From an uncultured bacterium (GTDB lineage: Bacteria > Patescibacteriota > Patescibacteriia > Patescibacteriales > UBA12465), in the NCBI GenBank assembly GCA_938003925.1, contig CALKWQ010000022.1, forward strand, positions 26,278-90,277: a stretch of DNA of 64,000 bases. The letters run 5' to 3'. A program made the position numbers and the translations under genes. Under the pieces are notes generated by a model. That model made no database searches. It was given only the letters and a program-made list of their open reading frames with translations, and was not told the origin of the DNA. Below, piece after piece: positions 40,125-50,758 of this stretch. The first letter of the stretch is position 1; each line of letters starts with the position of its first letter.

Positions 40125-41648
40125 TTAACTGAGTAAATAGTCTAGGGTTTCTTTATAATTAGTCAGTACGGTTTTAATTTTATCCTCAATTTCCGCATCC
40201 AATTCTTTTTTCTCTACAATCAATTTAGAAACGTCGCTATTCAAATCAACATACTTATACAAACCAGACTCAAAACTCCTCACCTTATCAACTGGCACAT
40301 TGTCCACGTAGCCATTAATCAAGGCGTAATAAATAATAACTTGCTTGTCGACAGACAGCGGTTGATATTGATCCTGCTTGAAGACTTCGTATAAGCGCTT
40401 ACCTCTCTCTAACTTGCGGCTAGTTTCTTCGTCTAAATCGGAACCAAATTGAGCAAAAGCCGCCAACTCACGAAATTGAGCTGCTTCCAAACGCATTTTA
40501 CCAGCCACCTTTTTCATTGCCTTAATCTGAGCCGAAGAACCTACACGAGACACGGATAAGCCAGCATTGATAGCCGGGCGATTACCCTTATAAAACATGT
40601 CTGGCTCTAAGAAAATCTGACCGTCAGTGATAGAAATAACGTTAGTGGGGATGTAAGCAGAAATATCACCTGCCTGTGTTTCAATAATCGGTAAAGCAGT
40701 AATTGAACCACCACCAAAATCAGAATTCAACTTGCAAGCTCTTTCTAGCAGACGAGAATGGAGGTAAAAAACATCACCAGGGAAAGCTTCGCGACCCGGA
40801 GGACGACGGAGCAATAAAGAAATTTCACGATAAGATACAGCGTGCTTGGATAAATCATCATAGATGATCAATACATCCTCACCTTTATCCAAAAAGTATT
40901 CCGCCATAGCGCAACCAGCGTAAGGAGCAATGTAAAGCAGAGCGGCCGGACTAGAGGCGCCAGCTAACACAATGGTCGTATATTCCATAGCACCAGCTGT
41001 CTCCAATTTACGTACAATTTCTGCTACTTTAGATTCCTTCTGTCCAATGGCCACGTAGATACATCTCATGTTCTGACCCTTTTGGTTAATGATGGCATCG
41101 ATAGCAATAGCCGTTTTACCAATCTGGCGGTCACCAATAATTAACTCGCGCTGACCGCGCCCAATCGGCACCATCGCGTCAATTGCTTTAATGCCCGTTT
41201 GCACGGGCTGATTGACAGAGGCCCTGGTAATAACGCCAGGCGCAATTTTTTCTACCGGATAAAATTCGGTGGTAGTTAATTGACCCTTGCCATCCATAGC
41301 TTCACCTAAAGGATTAACTACGCGACCAACTAAGGCTTCGCCAACAGGAACACTTAGAATGCGTTTAGTACAAACCACTTCATCCCCCTCCTTAATACCA
41401 GCAAATTCACCCATAATGATAGCACCAACCAAATTTTCCTCTAAATTTAAAGCTACTCCAGGAACTTCGCCATGAGCGGATTTAAAAAGCAAAATTTCAC
41501 TCATCATCGCCTCAGCTAAACCGGAAACTAGAGCGATGCCGTCAGAAATTTTCAAAACACGGCCAACACTGCTTTCTTCTACAGTAACATTGAAATCGGC
41601 AATCTGCCGCTTAATCTGTTCAACAATGAAGTCTTTGGTACTAGACAT
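40125..41648 (-). CDS. atpA: F1 ATP synthase alpha subunit
   Basis: 507 aa. Walker [14 protein letters not shown] and ITDGQIFL. Confidence 0.97.
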   Translation of the reverse strand: MSSTKDFIVEQIKRQIADFNVTVEESSVGRVLKISDGIALVSGLAEAMMSEILLFKSAHGEVPGVALNLEENLVGAIIMGEFAGIKEGDEVVCTKRILSVPVGEALVGRVVNPLGEAMDGKGQLTTTEFYPVEKIAPGVITRASVNQPVQTGIKAIDAMVPIGRGQRELIIGDRQIGKTAIAIDAIINQKGQNMRCIYVAIGQKESKVAEIVRKLETAGAMEYTTIVLAGASSPAALLYIAPYAGCAMAEYFLDKGEDVLIIYDDLSKHAVSYREISLLLRRPPGREAFPGDVFYLHSRLLERACKLNSDFGGGSITALPIIETQAGDISAYIPTNVISITDGQIFLEPDMFYKGNRPAINAGLSVSRVGSSAQIKAMKKVAGKMRLEAAQFRELAAFAQFGSDLDEETSRKLERGKRLYEVFKQDQYQPLSVDKQVIIYYALINGYVDNVPVDKVRSFESGLYKYVDLNSDVSKLIVEKKELDAEIEDKIKTVLTNYKETLDYLLS

Positions 41649-41657
41649 ATTATTTAA

Positions 41658-42059
41658 TTAATTACTAAGCTGTTTTTTAAATTTTCTTAAATTATTTTGC
41701 AAACTGCCATCAATAACCAAGCCATTATAGCGTAAAACAAAGCCTCCGAGTAAATCAGGATTTAGGCTTTCCTGTAAATTAACAGCGCTGACTCCAGCCC
41801 TCTTTTGCAGATAAGTGGTAATTTGTGATTTAGCCGCTGCGGACAAAGGACGGGCGCTAATTAACTCAGCCTTAACCTTGCCCGTAGCTTCTTCGTAAAT
41901 ATTTTCTAACTCGGCAATTATCAATTCGGCTTTGTTGAGATCTTGGCGCCGATGTAAAAAAGCAATAAAACTAGCAATTAAATTTTTTGCCTGGTCCTCT
42001 GATTTATCGGCAACTAATTCAAATAAGCTGCGAGCATATTGTCTGGCACTAACTTTCAT
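41658..42059 (-). CDS. atpH: F1 ATP synthase delta subunit (short, 133 aa)
   Basis: Sits between atpF and atpA. N-terminal ARQYARSLFEL and C-terminal NPDLLGGFVLRYNGLVIDGSLQNNL. Confidence 0.75.
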   Translation of the reverse strand: MKVSARQYARSLFELVADKSEDQAKNLIASFIAFLHRRQDLNKAELIIAELENIYEEATGKVKAELISARPLSAAAKSQITTYLQKRAGVSAVNLQESLNPDLLGGFVLRYNGLVIDGSLQNNLRKFKKQLSN

Positions 42060-42105
42060 AAACTATTGCGTTATCTTATTAATAAAACCAGGATTTGAGA
42101 AACTA

Positions 42106-42615
42106 TTAAGAATTTCTTAAATCCTTAACAATCTTATTAACAACCTCTTGATCACGGTCATTATTCAAATTTTCTCCCAAAAACTTTTGCAGACTAGCTA
42201 AAACTAGCGCCGCTAATTCCTGCTTGAGTTGCTGTAAAGAAGCTTCTTTTTCCAGAGCTATTTTTTCTCTCTCTTTATTCATCAACGCGCCAATACTTTC
42301 TTCGGCTTGCCTAACAACTTCCTTTTGTCTTAACTCCGCTTGAATTTGCGCTTGCTCAATAATTTGAGAAGCTTCTTGACGAGATTTAAGCAGTATTTGC
42401 TTACTCTCGGCGTTAGCGTTTTCAAGACGTGAAGCCGCCTCTTCGGCATCATCCAAACTCTTATCTACCTTAAGACGTCTTTCTTCTAAGATGCCTAAAA
42501 CTGGCTTGTAGGCAAAACGCCACAACACAAAAATCAAGATGCTAAAATTAACAAGTTGAGCTAACAAAATTCTACCATCTAAACCAAGAGCTTTAATTAA
42601 ACCCATATAAGACAA
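42106..42615 (-). CDS. atpF: Fo ATP synthase subunit b
   Basis: 169 aa. One N-terminal TM helix followed by a long charged helix. The start could be 42606. Confidence 0.8.
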   Translation of the reverse strand: MSYMGLIKALGLDGRILLAQLVNFSILIFVLWRFAYKPVLGILEERRLKVDKSLDDAEEAASRLENANAESKQILLKSRQEASQIIEQAQIQAELRQKEVVRQAEESIGALMNKEREKIALEKEASLQQLKQELAALVLASLQKFLGENLNNDRDQEVVNKIVKDLRNS

Positions 42616-42676
42616 ATAAATTAAAATTCAAAGCAATCCGTCGCATATATTGTATCCGACGGACGAGCTCTGCTTT

Positions 42677-43693
<1,017 letters not shown>

Positions 43694-43697
<4 letters not shown>

Positions 43698-43987
43698 AAC
43701 TTACTATCGGCGGACTGATCTTCATGTTTATCAGTAGCAGCGGATACAACAGGCGGCAGAAAATTATCCGCAATCATCCGATTAATCTTAGTAACTTTTT
43801 TAAATAAGAGTACGTTGGTAATAACAAATGAGACCGCCACCGCTATTAAAAGTAGTAACGGATTGGTACCTAAAGACTTATCTAAGAAATAAGCCGGCAC
43901 ACCCAAAAACAACAAAGGTCCCAAAATAGAAGAGAGACTGTAAGCAGCGCTGGAAAGAATAATTTGTCTGATAGACTGGCTATCCAT
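43694..43987 (-). CDS. AtpI/AtpZ-like small membrane protein
   Basis: 97 aa with two TM helices. First gene of the atp operon, overlapping atpB by 4 nt. Confidence 0.5.
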
Positions 43988-44024
43988 AGGCTGAAATTAG
44001 ATAAATTTTGAGAAAACCACTTGT

Positions 44025-44053
44025 TATATACACCCGCTAGCGAAAAAAGTCAA
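44025..44053 (-). promoter_or_regulatory. candidate atp operon promoter (TTGACT-17-TATATA)
   Basis: The minus strand has TTGACT at 44053-44048 and TATATA at 44030-44025, about 40 nt upstream of the atpI-like start. Confidence 0.45.
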
Positions 44054-44091
44054 GACTAGTTAAAATCAACTTTACAGGTAATTTCTAGCCG

Positions 44092-44943
44092 TTAAATCCT
44101 AAAAAAGCTCCGAGCCGTCTCGGTGGTAGCAGCGGCAATCTTTTCTACAGTAGAATTACGAATTTCCGCTATTCTGCCGGCCACATATTGCACTAAAATA
44201 GGCTCATTACGACGGCCGCGGTAAGGCTCGGGAGTCATATAAGGTGAATCTGTCTCAATCATAAACTTATGTAAAGGAATCTTCCGCACTACATCGTCCC
44301 ACTGCTTACTAAAAGTGACTAGGCCGGTAAAAGAAATGATCAGACCCAGAGAAAAATACTTCCACGCCAAATCTTCATCTCCAGAAAAACAATGAAGCAC
44401 GCCCCAAGGGCGATCGGTAGGAATGAAATCAGCATAAGCCTTGCGAAAATCCTGTAAGATACTCAGCAAATCATCATGAGCTTGCCGACAATGGATAATA
44501 ACAGGTAAATCTAAATTTCTGGCCAGCAATAATTGCTTTAGAAACACCTCTTGTTGACGACGCTTAGCCACGCTGACATCACGAGTAGGGTCAAGATGAT
44601 AATAATCTAAACCAATTTCTCCAATAGCTACAACTTTTTCAAATTTTGCCAACTTTTCGTAAGCATCATAATTGAATTCTTCAGCACGAGTCGTAAAACT
44701 GTATTCTCCGTTATCATCATTGTTTTCCACCGACTGCTCCTCTAAATGAATTGGATGCAGACCAACGGCGGCATAGACCCCTTTTTCATAACGATTAGCA
44801 TGACTTAGAGCTCTGTTAGAGGTTTTGTATTCCGAGCCAACTAAAACCATCCAAGTATCATTATCCAAAGACCGGCGGATCACCTCATCGGCATCATCCT
44901 TAAAATCATGAAAATTAACGTGGGCATGAGTATCAATAAACAT
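44092..44943 (-). CDS. tatD: TatD family metal-dependent hydrolase
   Basis: 283 aa. MFIDTHAHVNF, GEIGLDY and ETDSPYM. Confidence 0.9.
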   Translation of the reverse strand: MFIDTHAHVNFHDFKDDADEVIRRSLDNDTWMVLVGSEYKTSNRALSHANRYEKGVYAAVGLHPIHLEEQSVENNDDNGEYSFTTRAEEFNYDAYEKLAKFEKVVAIGEIGLDYYHLDPTRDVSVAKRRQQEVFLKQLLLARNLDLPVIIHCRQAHDDLLSILQDFRKAYADFIPTDRPWGVLHCFSGDEDLAWKYFSLGLIISFTGLVTFSKQWDDVVRKIPLHKFMIETDSPYMTPEPYRGRRNEPILVQYVAGRIAEIRNSTVEKIAAATTETARSFFRI

Positions 44944-44956
44944 GAGACGTGCTGAT

Positions 44957-44985
44957 AAAAAAACGCGTAACCACGCGCTTTTTTA
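44957..44985 (-). terminator. short GC hairpin with T7 run on the minus strand
   Basis: The minus strand reads CGCGT-ggtt-ACGCG followed immediately by TTTTTTT. It lies between the small Cys-rich ORF and the tatD start. Confidence 0.4.
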
Positions 44986-45001
44986 TAATATTAACAAATA
45001 A

Positions 45002-45130
45002 TTATTGCTGATTAGCGGTCTTTTCTTCCTGAACCGGGGTGGCCGGGGTAATAGGATTTTTATCGGCTGAATGACAACAACACTCTTTTTTAAGTCCTAA
45101 CAATTTTTTCAACCAAGCGCATTTACACAT
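45002..45130 (-). CDS. candidate 42 aa Cys-rich peptide
   Basis: Below the track cutoff. Hand translation is MCKCAWLKKLLGLKKECCCHSADKNPITPATPVQEEKTANQQ. It lies 98 nt downstream of dnaJ on the same strand, before a terminator-like hairpin. No obvious SD. Confidence 0.3.
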   Translation of the reverse strand: MCKCAWLKKLLGLKKECCCHSADKNPITPATPVQEEKTANQQ

Positions 45131-45228
45131 AAATTAAAGCTTAATTTTTATTAAAACCTATATCTTTAGTGTAGCAGCTAAGCCAATAAAGTCAAATAAA
45201 TATAGCTCATCATCAAATTAAAATCCGC

Positions 45229-46299
45229 CTAGAGCTTTAAGTCGGCTAAAAGTTGACGCTGTTTTTTGCTTAGACCCTTAGGGATCTGAACTTGCACTTT
45301 GACAAAGTGATCACCCTGGCCACGACTATGCAGACGGGGAGCTCCCTTTTCTTTGAGGCGAAATACAGTTTGAGGCTGAGTTCCCTCTGGTATCTTGAGT
45401 TGCACCTCGCCTTGAGCGGTTACTACCGCTACCGTATCCCCTAAAACTGCTTGGGTTAAAGAAATATTAATCTGCGAATAAATATCATCTCCTTCGCGCT
45501 GTAAATCGGGATGCTTAGCAACACGGATTTTTAAGAATAAATCACCAGCAGGCGCATTCTTCTCGCCAGCATCACCATAACCCGACAGACGAATACTCTC
45601 CCCCGAGTTAATGCCAGCCGGAATTTTAACTTTAATGGTTTCTGTCTGCTTGCTGCGACCCTGGCCATGACAATGAGAACAAGCAGCGCTAGCTTTTTTA
45701 CCTGCTCCCTGGCAATCAGGGCAAACTGATTTTGTTTGAATGGCGCCTAAAATTGTTCTTTGCACTCGACTGACATAACCCTGTCCGCCGCAGGTATGGC
45801 AAGTCTCTATTTTAGCTCCAGGCGCATGACCGCTACCCTGACAATAATTACAAGCGCGCAAATGGGGAAAAGTTATTTCCGTCTCGGTGCCATGAATAGA
45901 GTCTAAAAAATCAATAGTCAGACTCATCTCCAAATCACGACCTTTAGCTGGACCGCGATGGCGAGATTGGCCACCGAAACCAAACATATCGCCAAAGCCG
46001 CCAAACAAATCGCCTAAGTCATCCATGTTAATATTTACACCATCGAAACCACCAAAACCTTGTCCACCATAAGCGCCTCCGGCTTGACCATTTTGAAAAG
46101 CCGAGCCGAACTGATCATACTGCTGACGTTTATCTTTGTTGCCCAAAACCTGGTAAGCCTCATTAATCTCTTTAAACTTGGCTTCGTCGCCACCCTTGTC
46201 CGGATGATGTTCATGCGCTTTTTTGCGAAAAGCAGTTTTAATCTCATCAGCGCTGGCATTCTTAGCAACACCGAGAATATTATAATAGTCTTTAGACAT
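45229..46299 (-). CDS. dnaJ: molecular chaperone DnaJ
   Basis: 356 aa. J domain with HPD (HEHHPDKGG), a G/F-rich region, and four CxxCxGxG-type zinc repeats. Confidence 0.95.
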   Translation of the reverse strand: MSKDYYNILGVAKNASADEIKTAFRKKAHEHHPDKGGDEAKFKEINEAYQVLGNKDKRQQYDQFGSAFQNGQAGGAYGGQGFGGFDGVNINMDDLGDLFGGFGDMFGFGGQSRHRGPAKGRDLEMSLTIDFLDSIHGTETEITFPHLRACNYCQGSGHAPGAKIETCHTCGGQGYVSRVQRTILGAIQTKSVCPDCQGAGKKASAACSHCHGQGRSKQTETIKVKIPAGINSGESIRLSGYGDAGEKNAPAGDLFLKIRVAKHPDLQREGDDIYSQINISLTQAVLGDTVAVVTAQGEVQLKIPEGTQPQTVFRLKEKGAPRLHSRGQGDHFVKVQVQIPKGLSKKQRQLLADLKL

Positions 46300-46379
46300 A
46301 ATTTATTCCTAAAATTGTCAGCCTTTTAGCCCAACGACCCTCGCTTATTTAAACGAGGGCCGCTGAAAAAAAGTCTGAA

Positions 46380-48284
46380 TTATTTTTTATCCTCCACTTC
46401 CCCTTCCACTACATTATCCTGGGATTTATCAGAACCAGACTCCTGATCGGAATTAGTTTGAGGACCAGCGTTTTCAGTGTTTGGCTGTTGTTGATACATA
46501 GCAGCGCCAATCCTTTGGGCTACCGTATTGACAGCTTCCATTGCTTTTTTCATCTCTTCTTCTTTATCTGCATCTTTGGCAGCCTTTAAATCCGCCACCT
46601 TTGCTTCCAGCTCAGTTTTATCTTCTGGCTTCATTTTATCGCCTGACTCTTTAATCATTTTTTCAGTGGTAAAGATAACCGCGTCGGCTTGATTCTTAGT
46701 TTCTATCTGTTCTCTTTTCTTCTTATCTTCTTCAGCATGCAACTCAGCTTCTTTTTGCATGCGCTCAATTTCTTCTTTAGATAAGCCTGAGGAAGCGGTA
46801 ATCGTAATTTTCTGCTGTTTATTGGTAGCCTTATCGGTGGCGCTAACATTTAAAATGCCATTGGCATCTAGATCAAACTTAACCTCTACTTGAGGTACGC
46901 CACGTGGAGCCGAAGGAATGCCGTCAAGAATGAAACGGCCCAGAGATTTGTTGTCAGTAGCCAAAGGACGCTCACCTTGAACAACGTGAATTTCCACGCT
47001 AGTCTGACCATCAGCCGCAGTGGAAAAAACTTGTGACTTAGAAGTAGGGATAGTAGTATTGCGCTCAATTAAAGGAGTGGCTACTCCGCCCAGGGTTTCA
47101 ATGCCCAAGGTTAAAGGAGTTACATCCAACAAGAGAACATCTTTAACATCTCCCTGCAAAACTCCGGCCTGAACTGCCGCTCCCATCGCCACCACCTCGT
47201 CAGGATTCACGCTCAGATTAGGCTCCTTGCCAAAGAATTCTTTTACCTTCTGGAGCACTAAAGGCATACGCGTCATGCCGCCAACCATCACCACTTCATT
47301 AATTTCCCCTAGGTTAAAACCAGAATCAGCTAAAGCCTTTTTACAGGGCTCGATGGTCTGAGCCACCAAATCGCCCACTAAAGATTCCAGCTTCGCCCGA
47401 CTTAATTTCATTACTAAATGTTTGGGGCCGTTAGCATCAGTGGAAATAAAAGGCTGATTAATTTCACTTTCCATGGAAGTTGATAATTCGATTTTAGCTT
47501 TTTCAGCCGCTTCCTTAATACGTTGCAAAGCTAAAGTATCTTTAGATAAATCAATTCCTTGCTCTTTCTTGAATTCCTCAATAATCCAATCAATGATGCG
47601 CTTGTCAAAATCTTCACCGCCTAAGTGAGTATCACCGTTAGTGGCTTTAACTTCAACCGTATCAGCGGAAATATCTAAAACAGAAACATCAAAAGTACCG
47701 CCGCCTAAATCATAAACAACTATTTTCTGTCCCTGTTTTTTATCGAAACCATAAGCTAAAGCAGCCGCTGTTGGTTCGTTAATAATGCGTTTAACATCCA
47801 AACCCGCAATCAAGCCAGCATCTTTAGTGGCCTGACGCTGAGAGTCGTCAAAATAAGCTGGAACAGTGATGATAGCCTCAGTAATTTTCTCACCGATTTT
47901 AGCTTCGGCGTCAGCCTTTAGTTTCGACAGAATCATAGCCGAAACCTCTTGAGGAGAGTACTCACCGTCACCCATTTTAACTTTCACGCCTTCGCCAGCC
48001 TGTACAATCTTATAAGGCATGGTGTTAAGGTCTCGTTGCACTTCTTCATCCTTAAAGTGGCGGCCAATCAAGCGTTTAACCGCATAGACGGTATTTTCAG
48101 GATTAATCACCGCCTGTCTCTTGGCGGCCGCTCCTACCAAACGCTCACCATTTTTAGAAATGGCAGCAATGGAAGGAGTAGTACGATTACCTTCAATGTT
48201 TTCCAGGATTTTAGGCGCTCCGCCCTCCATGATAGCCATGGCGCAGTTGGTGGTGCCTAAATCAATGCCTAAAATTTTTCCCAT
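46380..48284 (-). CDS. dnaK: molecular chaperone DnaK (Hsp70)
   Basis: 634 aa. [22 protein letters not shown] and an acidic C-terminal tail. Confidence 0.97.
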   Translation of the reverse strand: MGKILGIDLGTTNCAMAIMEGGAPKILENIEGNRTTPSIAAISKNGERLVGAAAKRQAVINPENTVYAVKRLIGRHFKDEEVQRDLNTMPYKIVQAGEGVKVKMGDGEYSPQEVSAMILSKLKADAEAKIGEKITEAIITVPAYFDDSQRQATKDAGLIAGLDVKRIINEPTAAALAYGFDKKQGQKIVVYDLGGGTFDVSVLDISADTVEVKATNGDTHLGGEDFDKRIIDWIIEEFKKEQGIDLSKDTLALQRIKEAAEKAKIELSTSMESEINQPFISTDANGPKHLVMKLSRAKLESLVGDLVAQTIEPCKKALADSGFNLGEINEVVMVGGMTRMPLVLQKVKEFFGKEPNLSVNPDEVVAMGAAVQAGVLQGDVKDVLLLDVTPLTLGIETLGGVATPLIERNTTIPTSKSQVFSTAADGQTSVEIHVVQGERPLATDNKSLGRFILDGIPSAPRGVPQVEVKFDLDANGILNVSATDKATNKQQKITITASSGLSKEEIERMQKEAELHAEEDKKKREQIETKNQADAVIFTTEKMIKESGDKMKPEDKTELEAKVADLKAAKDADKEEEMKKAMEAVNTVAQRIGAAMYQQQPNTENAGPQTNSDQESGSDKSQDNVVEGEVEDKK

Positions 48285-48393
48285 ATGATTTTTATTAATG
48301 ACGGAATATTTTTTCGTCTTTTTATTATTATAATTACTTTATTTACCAGCCCCGATATCGCTTTAGGCGATACCGGACGCCGAGAAACAAAAT

Positions 48394-48837
48394 TTATTTT
48401 TTCTTAACATTTTGAATCTTAATGCTCTTGGGCTGAACTTCTGGCGATTTAGGAATAGTGATTTTAAGGATGCCATCTTCGGTGACGGCAGAGGCTTTAT
48501 CTCCGTCTACTTTAGTCGGCAAGGGGACAGAGCGATAAAAAGAACCGCGACGGATTTCCTTGCGATAATAGTTTTTATCCTCCACCTCGCTCTTGCGCTC
48601 ACTTTCACCCTTGATACACAAGACATCGTTCTCAATAGAGATGCTGACTTTTTCTGGATCAATGCCAGCTAATTGCGTTTCGACAACGATATTGACTTTA
48701 TCTTCGTACATGTCTAGGGCTGGGGTAAAGCCGAATTGATTGCCACGTACTGCCGGCAAAAATTCTCCCACTACCTTATCCATGTCGTCAAAGCCAAAAC
48801 CTTCATTGAAGAAAGGACTCCATTTAATTAAAGACAT
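48394..48837 (-). CDS. Hsp20/alpha-crystallin family small heat-shock protein
   Basis: 147 aa. ...PALDMYEDKVNIVVETQLAGIDPEKVSISIENDVLCIKGE...GSFYRSVPLP...AVTEDGILKITIPK. Confidence 0.9.
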   Translation of the reverse strand: MSLIKWSPFFNEGFGFDDMDKVVGEFLPAVRGNQFGFTPALDMYEDKVNIVVETQLAGIDPEKVSISIENDVLCIKGESERKSEVEDKNYYRKEIRRGSFYRSVPLPTKVDGDKASAVTEDGILKITIPKSPEVQPKSIKIQNVKKK

Positions 48838-48915
48838 AGATTTATATACTCTCCCCTAAAACTCAGATCAAATTTGAGTAGATAAGGAAAGAGCTTATTA
48901 ATTATGTTTAAAAAA

Positions 48916-49953
48916 TTAATTTTCAACAACAACTTTAGCAGCTCTCACTACACGCCCATGTAAAGTATAACCAGGCATTACCTCTTTAGCGACCCGCTCA
49001 CCCGTGCCTTCTAAAGCTTCCATGAGATTATGATCAAATTTTTCACCTACTGTTTTAATTTCTGCCACGCCCCGAGCTCCTAGAATTTCCTTAAACTGTC
49101 TTAGAACATATTCCACTCCTTGCACCCAAGCACTAGCTTTCTCGCTGTCGGGCAGAGACGACACCGACATTTTTAAATGATCGTAGACAGGCAAAATATC
49201 TTGAATAAAATCACCGACAGCAAATTTAACAAATTCTTCTTTATCTTTAGCTGATTGTTTTAATAAATTATGATAATCAGCTAAAGCCCTTTTATACTTA
49301 CCCTCCCAATCGTCAGCATCTTCATCCTTGAGCTTGCGCTCAATGAAAGTGGTCAATAAATCTTTAACACTATCAGCCAAGTCTAATTCTTTCAAAGCCT
49401 TGTCGGGAGCAATCCAAAGATATTCAGTCATTTCATTGGACAATTGCGGTTCACCTCCAGCCAAATGGGCAAAAAAGTTTAAAAAGATGAAATGCTTTTC
49501 TTTCAAAAAGTGTTTGGGCCTAATGCCATCAGTCGCGGAAATAAATTCAATCTGATCAATGCGCAACGACGTTTCCTCCTCGACTTCTCTCACTAAAGTA
49601 TCAACCATCTTCTCACCCCATTCCACATGTCCACCAGGAATGGTCCACTGTCCGTTACACTTTGGATTTTTAATCAAAAAAATTTCGCGCTGGTCATTAT
49701 ATATAATTGGACCCACTGCCGCCTCTGGATAACGTGGGTGCGCTGGCTCTAACCATTGAAACCGAGGACGCAATTTCCCTGCCACGGTCACCTGTTCTTG
49801 CCACATACTGGCTGGTCGTGACCAGATTTTGTTATCATCTAACGAACGATATACGGCTAGCTCATCCTGAGTTTCGGTATGTTCCGATACAAATAATAAT
49901 TCATATTTTCCACCTTTGTAATGCTGGTAGATGCCTGGTTGCATATTTTCCAT
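48916..49953 (-). CDS. grpE: DUF1653-like / Nudix hydrolase / GrpE nucleotide-exchange-factor fusion protein
   Basis: 345 aa in a single frame. N-terminal YQHYKGGKYELLFVSEHTETQDELAVYRSL. Nudix box GHVEWGEKMVDTLVREVEEETSL. C-terminal GrpE core LKQSAKDKEEF...FDHNLMEALEG...MPGYTLHGRVVRAAKVVV. Confidence 0.85.
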   Translation of the reverse strand: MENMQPGIYQHYKGGKYELLFVSEHTETQDELAVYRSLDDNKIWSRPASMWQEQVTVAGKLRPRFQWLEPAHPRYPEAAVGPIIYNDQREIFLIKNPKCNGQWTIPGGHVEWGEKMVDTLVREVEEETSLRIDQIEFISATDGIRPKHFLKEKHFIFLNFFAHLAGGEPQLSNEMTEYLWIAPDKALKELDLADSVKDLLTTFIERKLKDEDADDWEGKYKRALADYHNLLKQSAKDKEEFVKFAVGDFIQDILPVYDHLKMSVSSLPDSEKASAWVQGVEYVLRQFKEILGARGVAEIKTVGEKFDHNLMEALEGTGERVAKEVMPGYTLHGRVVRAAKVVVEN

Positions 49954-49958
49954 AGTGA

Positions 49959-50648
49959 TTATTTAAAACTCTCTTGTAAGTAATTAAGTAAAGATAAGTT
50001 GCGGTTATAATCCATACGCAAAGGACCGAGAATACCACACAAACCAGAAACTCCATGATGACGATATTTTAAAACAGCTGTCCCCAAAAAAGCGCCAAAA
50101 GGATTATTCTCACCTAAAAAAACTTGAGCGCCCTCGGGTAATTTGTCAAACAAATCGTCAATAATTTCTTCCATCCGATCAATGACTTGAGAGACGTCAC
50201 ACACACTCTCTGTTTGCTTAAATTCTGGTTGGGCAAATAAATTAAAGAGTCCTGTGTGATACAGGTCGTTTTTATGAAAGGCCCAAAAAACAGCATTGCC
50301 AGATAATTCAGCCAGAGCACGGGCAGCTGGTTTAAAGTTATCAGTGTCTGTTGATAGGGCTGTATTCAAAATATCTTTATCGGAGATTTTCAGTTCTCTC
50401 TTTTTAGTTAAACCCTCTGCTAAATCCAACAAATAAGCGGCTTCGGTAGGCACGCGGCCAGCCGAAGTATGAGGCTGATAAATATAACCAGCCTCCTCTA
50501 AAAATATTAACTCATTGCGTGCGGTTGCGGGAGAAATATCTAAATGATATTTTTCCACCAACATGCCAGAGGCTACCGGTTGAGCACTTTTAACATATTC
50601 ACGAATCAGGGTGCGCAGAATTAATTTTTGGCGATCGCTTAAAACCAT
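49959..50648 (-). CDS. hrcA: heat-inducible transcription repressor HrcA (short form, 229 aa)
   Basis: N-terminal winged helix LSDRQKLILRTLIREYVKSAQPVASGMLVEKY...SPATARNELIFLEEAGYIYQPHTSAGRVPT, with a CIRCE element in its own promoter. Confidence 0.85.
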   Translation of the reverse strand: MVLSDRQKLILRTLIREYVKSAQPVASGMLVEKYHLDISPATARNELIFLEEAGYIYQPHTSAGRVPTEAAYLLDLAEGLTKKRELKISDKDILNTALSTDTDNFKPAARALAELSGNAVFWAFHKNDLYHTGLFNLFAQPEFKQTESVCDVSQVIDRMEEIIDDLFDKLPEGAQVFLGENNPFGAFLGTAVLKYRHHGVSGLCGILGPLRMDYNRNLSLLNYLQESFK

Positions 50649-50675
50649 AGAATTGGATTATTAACATGCAAACAT

Positions 50676-50704
50676 ATTATAAAAAAAATTAGCACTCAAG
50701 TCAA
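50676..50704 (-). promoter_or_regulatory. candidate hrcA operon promoter (TTGACT-17-TATAAT)
   Basis: The minus strand has TTGACT at 50704-50699, inside the CIRCE spacer, and TATAAT at 50681-50676. Confidence 0.5.
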
Positions 50705-50715
50705 TAGAGTGCTAA
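50689..50715. promoter_or_regulatory. CIRCE operator upstream of hrcA
   Basis: TTAGCACTC-aagtcaata-GAGTGCTAA, a perfect match to the consensus. Confidence 0.9.
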
Positions 50716-50758
50716 TTATTCAAGCTATATGCTATAAATTGATTTAATATTAGTAAAT

